The notes beneath the pieces were generated by a model, which was not told the origin of the DNA, searched no databases, and was given only the letters and a program-made list of their open reading frames with translations. A DNA stretch of 64,000 nt from Bacteroidota bacterium (lineage in GTDB: Bacteria > Bacteroidota > Bacteroidia > Palsa-948), in the NCBI GenBank assembly GCA_003164895.1, contig PLUL01000055.1, positions 2,989-66,988 on the forward strand. The letters are read 5' to 3'. Positions 58,520 through 64,000 of the stretch are shown one piece after another. Position numbers and translations under genes: made by a program. Within the stretch, counting starts at the first letter, position 1. Each line of letters opens with the position of its first letter.

Positions 58520-59221
58520 CTAATTTTTACTTTTAAGCAATTGCCTGATATCGGCTATGAGTTTATTAACATCTGATGAATCTGTACCTGCATAAACACC
58601 TCTCAAATTACGATTAAAATCTACTAATGCAAATAGCTGAGTGTGTACAAAATCACCTTTGCCTCCATCGCCACTATCTGCTGATAGCAAATAACCAGTT
58701 CGCACCATATCATAGATTTCCTTTTTGTTCCCGGTAACAAAGTGCCAACGATTTGCATCGGCATCATGATTTTTTGCATACGTTGCCAACACATTTACGG
58801 AATCATGTTCAGGAAAAACGGTATGAGATAGAAAAGATACTCTTGGTTCATTCTTAAATGTTTCAACTACACGCTGCATTTGTTTTGTCATTTTAGGGCA
58901 GATACTTGGGCAGGTAGTAAAGAAAAAATCCGCAACATATATTTTTCCGTTAAAGTCATCATTGGTAATTTTTTTTCCTGTTTGATCAACAAAAGAAAAA
59001 TTTTGCACTCTGTGAGGAATAGAATCTTGCACATCATTTCCATCTTTATGAATTGTAACATGTGTCCATTTACCTAAAAAAGGAAGCGGCTGCAAAGAAT
59101 TGTTCTTGTGAAGATTCGAAAAAACTACAATACAAAATACTATCACGGCAAGTAGTAATACTCCGGCGAGAAGCGCATGGTCTTTTGTAATGATTATTTT
59201 TTGATTATCTGAGTTTTCCAT
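58520..59221 (-). CDS. SCO1/SenC-family copper chaperone / thiol-disulfide oxidoreductase.
   Basis: N-terminal TM anchor, thioredoxin-fold CxxxC motif FTTCPSICPKMT and a conserved downstream His. 233 aa. Confidence 0.8.
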   Translation of the reverse strand: MENSDNQKIIITKDHALLAGVLLLAVIVFCIVVFSNLHKNNSLQPLPFLGKWTHVTIHKDGNDVQDSIPHRVQNFSFVDQTGKKITNDDFNGKIYVADFFFTTCPSICPKMTKQMQRVVETFKNEPRVSFLSHTVFPEHDSVNVLATYAKNHDADANRWHFVTGNKKEIYDMVRTGYLLSADSGDGGKGDFVHTQLFALVDFNRNLRGVYAGTDSSDVNKLIADIRQLLKSKN

Positions 59222-59416
59222 TTTAAAGTTGATTCAAAAGAAATCAAACGTATAATCGAATATTTTATTTGAACTCAAAATTACAAATATAAATTTTAAG
59301 TTTTATTTCAATAAAAAATTTGCCAATTAGTCTTATATTGCATCGTGAAATCACAATGGCTTAATCTCCGACTCTTTCTTAATTTTGTGTGGTGAAATAT
59401 ATTATTTTTTGAGAGT

Positions 59417-60283
59417 ATGATATTATTATACGAGCATGAAAAGTGGGAGACGATAAAAGAATTTTTGTCGGTTTTCATGTTTCCCAATGTTTTCTTCCAT
59501 TATCTATATTTTATATTTTCTTTATTGGAAGTAATCGGCTTATTTCTATTTTGGAAAATCAATCGCAAAAAAAATCTGTCCGAGGAAAAATTTAAAATTA
59601 GTACTCGTTATGAAATGCAAAAAAAAAATTACTCATTGGTATTTGCAGCGAGTGTTTTGCAGTTTGTGTTATGTCCAATTTTAATTCTGACTCTTCCATC
59701 AGGAGAGATGAGTTGGGATTTAATGTTAAACATTTTTACAGGTGCATTTATTTCTTTACCGGCAATGTATTGGATTTATAAAGCAATTGCAGGATTACCC
59801 GAGAACATTGAAAAGAATTTTAAAAAAGTAGTGATATGCCTGATCATCACTATTTCATTCATGGGGTTGAGCAGTTGTTTTTACTATTATAATTCCTTAA
59901 CTCCCGATCAAAAATTAACAATACTCAAAACAGAAAACATTTTAAATGTTTTAAATGAAGCAAAAAAGAAATGTGTATTTGGAGATACATGCAAACATCC
60001 GGAGTTGGAAAAATTTGAAATCGACGAATCATTAGGTGATGTAGCAAAAGGAGCAGCTATTTTTAAACAAAACTGTTCACCTTGTCATGGAAAAGATGTG
60101 AAGGTGGTTGGTCCGCCATTAACCGAAATTATTTCTTTATACCACGACAATGCCGAAGGATTAAAACAATGGATAAAAATACCTGGAAAAAAACGAGCTA
60201 ACTTCCCTCAAATGCCAACTCTTTCACAATTAACAGATGATGACAGGAATGAAATCGCAAAATATATTTTATCAATTAAATAA
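59417..60283 (+). CDS. Membrane-anchored c-type cytochrome (4 TM segments plus a C-terminal mono-haem cytochrome c domain).
   Basis: Haem-binding CxxCH (NCSPCHGKD) and a distal Met in ...FPQMPT.... The N-terminal half is hydrophobic. Confidence 0.7.
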   Translation: MILLYEHEKWETIKEFLSVFMFPNVFFHYLYFIFSLLEVIGLFLFWKINRKKNLSEEKFKISTRYEMQKKNYSLVFAASVLQFVLCPILILTLPSGEMSWDLMLNIFTGAFISLPAMYWIYKAIAGLPENIEKNFKKVVICLIITISFMGLSSCFYYYNSLTPDQKLTILKTENILNVLNEAKKKCVFGDTCKHPELEKFEIDESLGDVAKGAAIFKQNCSPCHGKDVKVVGPPLTEIISLYHDNAEGLKQWIKIPGKKRANFPQMPTLSQLTDDDRNEIAKYILSIK

Positions 60284-60378
60284 ATCAACCGCGATGATGT
60301 TTGAACAAGGAATAATAGTGAAGATTATAAAAACAAACTTAACTTCGCCTAACTTCTGTTAAAGCAATATGTTCACTA

Positions 60379-61872
60379 ATGAAAAGAGCAATTAAAATAT
60401 CTATTGCTTTGTTAATGGTACTTAAATCTTTATTTCTGTCTGCTCAGACATCTCATAAAGATTCCATCAATACTATTGTTCAACTTCTGGAAAAGGAAGA
60501 TCGGATATCTATCAATAAGTATTTGAAATTTACCAGTAAAAATGCCTCCCAATTATTTAGCAAAGCAACTAAAGAAGATTTAATAAATCTTACTCAATAC
60601 GTTTCACCCAAGGTGCGAGCGTATTCCATCTATTATCTTACTCAGAAATATTCCGAATTACATTTTGTTAACTTGATAAAAGAACATTTGAATGACACCG
60701 AAACAGTGCAGCTGATGCATTGGGCTGATCCTGATGACGGCTGTATCCCACCCTATTACGCAGCAGACGGTGTGGGAGAATTATTTGTTGCATTCATTGG
60801 CAGCTCCGATATAGGAGAGCTTCCCATTAAGGAGACAGTGGAATTTAAACCGTACCTTAAAGACACAATTAATTTGCAAGTAATAGACAGCATATTGATC
60901 TGTGTCCCCAATAAGTTAAAACAAACTGTGAATTTATTTTGTAATGCTCCAGCCAAAAAAAATTATTATGAGAGTGTGAAAAAACAGGTGAAGGAAAAAC
61001 AGAATCAAGATGCGGTAATTTATTTATCGAAATACAAAAAAAATAATGATCTGGATTTGATTCTGAATAATCTTCCCGACAATAATTCGCAGGAAGAAGC
61101 ACAGAAGTTTTTTTCCATTTTTCAAAATTTTCATCACCCAAAATTGTTCAAGTATCTATCTGACAACATGGCAAAATATTACCAAGATCCTTTTTTTCTC
61201 AATGCTATTAGCGGATATAAAAACAAGGAAGCGCTTCTCTTATTACAGCGGGCATGGCTTCAAACAGATGCGGACGGTTTAGATAAACAAAAAAATAATT
61301 TTGTAAAACAAGAAATCATTACTTCCATAAAAAATAATTTTACAAAAATTTATGCTCCTTTTTTATTCGTAAAGTTTGAGGCAGATCCTGATGGATATTC
61401 TCGTATGCCATCTGATTTATGGAAAGTAGATGCCGATAGAACGTATCGTTATCTATTAAAATGTATCTATGCTCAAAATGAGAATAGTTATTTGCGTGCA
61501 TATACTTTCGGACAAGTGTTGCAGATTCTTCAGCAAGATGCGCCTGCTTACATTGATGATTTATTAACGAATCATTTGCAACCGGGCGCAGACCGGCATT
61601 GTTTTGTGAACAGTATGAAATATATCTATGCCAGTAAGGATAAAAAATATGTAATTCCTCTAATGGATCTTCTTAAAAAAGAAAAAAATAAAATTAATTC
61701 TCATGTGATGATAAAAATTTTAACATCTTATAATAATCTGACAGTAAATCAGCAATTGGAAAAATTATTTACAGAATGTCCAGCCCTAAAATCATCGTTG
61801 GCATCAGATGTGGAGGCAAATAAAATCTATAGAGGAATAGAATATGAGGCTTCTAAAATAAAAGGGCAATAA
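60379..61872 (+). CDS. Hypothetical secreted protein (alpha-helical, possibly HEAT/ARM-like).
   Basis: Signal peptide MKRAIKISIALLMVLKSLFLSAQ. 497 aa. No recognised catalytic motif. Confidence 0.4.
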   Translation: MKRAIKISIALLMVLKSLFLSAQTSHKDSINTIVQLLEKEDRISINKYLKFTSKNASQLFSKATKEDLINLTQYVSPKVRAYSIYYLTQKYSELHFVNLIKEHLNDTETVQLMHWADPDDGCIPPYYAADGVGELFVAFIGSSDIGELPIKETVEFKPYLKDTINLQVIDSILICVPNKLKQTVNLFCNAPAKKNYYESVKKQVKEKQNQDAVIYLSKYKKNNDLDLILNNLPDNNSQEEAQKFFSIFQNFHHPKLFKYLSDNMAKYYQDPFFLNAISGYKNKEALLLLQRAWLQTDADGLDKQKNNFVKQEIITSIKNNFTKIYAPFLFVKFEADPDGYSRMPSDLWKVDADRTYRYLLKCIYAQNENSYLRAYTFGQVLQILQQDAPAYIDDLLTNHLQPGADRHCFVNSMKYIYASKDKKYVIPLMDLLKKEKNKINSHVMIKILTSYNNLTVNQQLEKLFTECPALKSSLASDVEANKIYRGIEYEASKIKGQ

Positions 61873-61941
61873 TTGTATTTCACTATTTTTGATAGAAAAG
61901 ATTTTGTAAAGAGTAACCGCCTAATCGTCTTGTTCTGAATG

Positions 61942-64000
61942 CTACTTGTGGCTCAATATTGATACATTGCCTTTGAGAACATTAGGAACAATTCCTTTCA
62001 GTCGAATGTCGTTTACAACGCAGATATAATAATATACTCCGTCAGCACACATCATATTTGTTTGCGAACTTTTTCCATCCCACATAATTTCCGGATTGGT
62101 AGTATGGAAAACCAAAATTCCCCAACGGTCATAAATTTTAATGTCAATATCTTTCACATATTTATACGGATGAATTGGCGTGAACCAATCATTCGCCCCG
62201 TCACCATTAGGAGTAAATACATTCGGAAGTTGATAGGACGGGCAATTATCAACACATACAATATTGCTGTAAGCGCTTTGATTGCCAACTGAATCTACCG
62301 AAGCCACCGCATAACATCCGGCTATAGATTTTAAACCATCATACAAAAATTGTGTGGTTTGAATATTGCGAATTGTGTCAATCGCAGACAAATCTCCTCC
62401 CTGAGTTGGAGAGAAATATATAATGTAATACAATGCGTCAATACAGTTAGGACATGAGCTGCAAAATATTGAATTCGGATTTGTCCATTTAAGAAGATTT
62501 TGGCTGAGTTCGCAGCTTGAATCAACGGCAAGTAAATTTGCGCACGGTGGTGTACGATCTTCCGGTGTGCAGCAAAGTTCTTCCGACCAGTTAATAAGCG
62601 GATGCGGAAGTGCGGTGTCGCCATAATGCCCGATGCTTTTTATTTTATAACAATAAGATTTTCCGTTGGAAAGATTGCTGTCGGTAAAAGTTTGCAAATT
62701 AGTTTTGCCGATAGAATCCCATCCATTTGAAATATTTTTTCTAAAAACGGTAAAGCTGTCATTCGTCCACGGAACATTTGTTTGCCAGCTTAACTGCATT
62801 TTTCTGCTTTGACCTGTTTGGCAAGAGAGAAAAACCGAAGACGCATTTTGTGTTGGACAAGAATCGGTTGACGAAGGATAATAAAAATCCACACGATAAG
62901 TATAAGGATGGCTCGATGTATTAAGTCCGTTATCCAAATACGATGTTGAATCAAGCGTGCTAAACCAAGGACTTGTGAAAGTTTTGATAGTTTGAAAATT
63001 CGAATTTGTAAATCCGATTGCCCGAAGTACAATAAAACTATATGGACCGTGAACTCCAGTCGCTGTTGAATCAAAATCGGCAGGATCAGCCAAAGGTTTT
63101 ACCCACTTCACATTTATTTGTCCGCTTGTAGCGCTTGTTGAAATAACATCCACATTGGTGATGATAGGCACATCGCGCACCAAATGCTGGCACACAGGAT
63201 CTGAACAATAACTTTCTGCGCCATCGTGGTACAAAGCTACCACGCGATAAGAATAATTTCCGCCGGGGGTCAATCCAACACCTCCGTTGTTATCGGTATA
63301 AGTAGTTACATTATAAGGCACAGTTGCAATGAGCGTGTAACCCCACGATGCCGGAACTCCGGTTTCGCAATAGTTGTGCTTTAATGTATCGCAGCCAATC
63401 TTTCGGTAAATTTCGTATTTGTTGAGAAAATTTCCGGTGTGGTTATTGCAAAAAACAGTATCCCAATTTAATTTCATTTCAGAACATTTTGGTACAACTG
63501 TAAGATTTTTTGGCGCAGGTGCAATTACCGTAATATTAAATGTTTTGTAATCGGAAAGATAAACAGGTACTGGAGAATCCGGACGTCCGTCATCCACTGC
63601 GGTTAATTGAATATTGTAAGGAGTGTTTCTCACCTGCAAGCAAGTGGGTGTCCATGAAAAAGTTCCCACCACGATTGTGGAATTATTGACAGGCGGAAGA
63701 GTAGGACTTGTTGAAAACGTAGCCGATGGATTAACATTGAACGGATCGCCTGTTGCTATGAACGATTGAATATTAAAACCATTGGGATTAATAGCTGTAT
63801 CGGTGATTGTGAACACTGTATTGGCTAAAATACAAGTATCGTTTACCGGAGTAACTATTGGCGGATTGTGATGGCAATCGTAAACCAGCACTTGCATATC
63901 TCTGCGCACCGTGCCAACCAAAACATATTGCCCATATACTTTTTTCCAATCTTGGATGTCAATAGCATAATTATATTGATACGGGAGAGAATAACCCGAT
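61942..64000 (-). CDS. Type-B T9SS cargo with Ig/FN3-like repeats and a gliding-motility-associated C-terminal domain (CHU_C); N-terminally truncated by the window end.
   Basis: The C-terminus NVFTPNGDGANDWFTPIH...KIYDRWGILVF...MWDGK matches the type-B sorting domain. The minus-strand frame stays open from 63921 to the window end at 64000. Confidence 0.75.
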   Translation of the reverse strand, partial: SGYSLPYQYNYAIDIQDWKKVYGQYVLVGTVRRDMQVLVYDCHHNPPIVTPVNDTCILANTVFTITDTAINPNGFNIQSFIATGDPFNVNPSATFSTSPTLPPVNNSTIVVGTFSWTPTCLQVRNTPYNIQLTAVDDGRPDSPVPVYLSDYKTFNITVIAPAPKNLTVVPKCSEMKLNWDTVFCNNHTGNFLNKYEIYRKIGCDTLKHNYCETGVPASWGYTLIATVPYNVTTYTDNNGGVGLTPGGNYSYRVVALYHDGAESYCSDPVCQHLVRDVPIITNVDVISTSATSGQINVKWVKPLADPADFDSTATGVHGPYSFIVLRAIGFTNSNFQTIKTFTSPWFSTLDSTSYLDNGLNTSSHPYTYRVDFYYPSSTDSCPTQNASSVFLSCQTGQSRKMQLSWQTNVPWTNDSFTVFRKNISNGWDSIGKTNLQTFTDSNLSNGKSYCYKIKSIGHYGDTALPHPLINWSEELCCTPEDRTPPCANLLAVDSSCELSQNLLKWTNPNSIFCSSCPNCIDALYYIIYFSPTQGGDLSAIDTIRNIQTTQFLYDGLKSIAGCYAVASVDSVGNQSAYSNIVCVDNCPSYQLPNVFTPNGDGANDWFTPIHPYKYVKDIDIKIYDRWGILVFHTTNPEIMWDGKSSQTNMMCADGVYYYICVVNDIRLKGIVPNVLKGNVSILSHK

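Noticed and set aside
1-64000. The hexamer core TTCGTA/TACGAA recurring in several spacers (5685, 7770, 43470, 6914, 49797).
   Set aside because: A 6-mer is expected about 30 times by chance in 64 kb of AT-rich sequence. I report only the tandem heptamer arrays and the longer motifs (at least 17 nt), which are statistically meaningful.
1-64000. CRISPR arrays, IS elements/transposases, integrases, prophage genes, rRNA and tRNA genes.
   Set aside because: I found no regularly spaced direct repeats of 25-40 nt, no transposase- or integrase-like ORFs, and no rRNA- or tRNA-like conserved strings on either strand.

Overview
This is an AT-rich chromosomal segment from a Bacteroidota-type genome, inferred from type-IX-secretion C-terminal domains, a PorV/PorU pair, the absence of Shine-Dalgarno sequences and a gliding-type CHU_C tail. 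The window is dominated by conserved housekeeping genes: pheT, queA, ispD, rlmN, two polyprenyl synthases, mgtA, lepA, purS, rimK, accB, glyQS, pyrC, acs, rplM-rpsI-rpsB-tsf, lnt, gpsA, polA and ribE. Interspersed are cell-envelope and T9SS loci: a PKD-repeat type-B CTD cargo truncated at the window start; a membrane protein, a PorV-like protein and a 1726-aa C25-like PorU-like protein; and a second CHU_C cargo truncated at the window end. I found no rRNA, tRNA, CRISPR array, IS element or prophage. The most unusual signals are at the DNA level. (i) Short tandem heptanucleotide arrays are embedded in-frame in three unrelated conserved genes (amidohydrolase, lnt and the porV signal region); near-identical arrays in the same sense orientation encode similar low-complexity peptides (LTSNIQ, LPTAN). 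Similar heptamer tandems (TACGAAT)n occur in two intergenic spacers. (ii) A 19-nt motif is repeated upstream of two minus-strand operons. (iii) A GTGTAATC/GATTACAC repeat family lies just upstream of purS and in an unusually long rplM-rpsI spacer, where it can form alternative hairpins. (iv) A four-gene operon couples an MMPL/RND exporter with rfbA, an NAD-dependent epimerase/dehydratase and a polyprenyl diphosphate synthase. (v) A porin sits upstream of mgtA behind a structured leader. All functional calls rest on motif recognition in the translated ORFs; no database search was possible.
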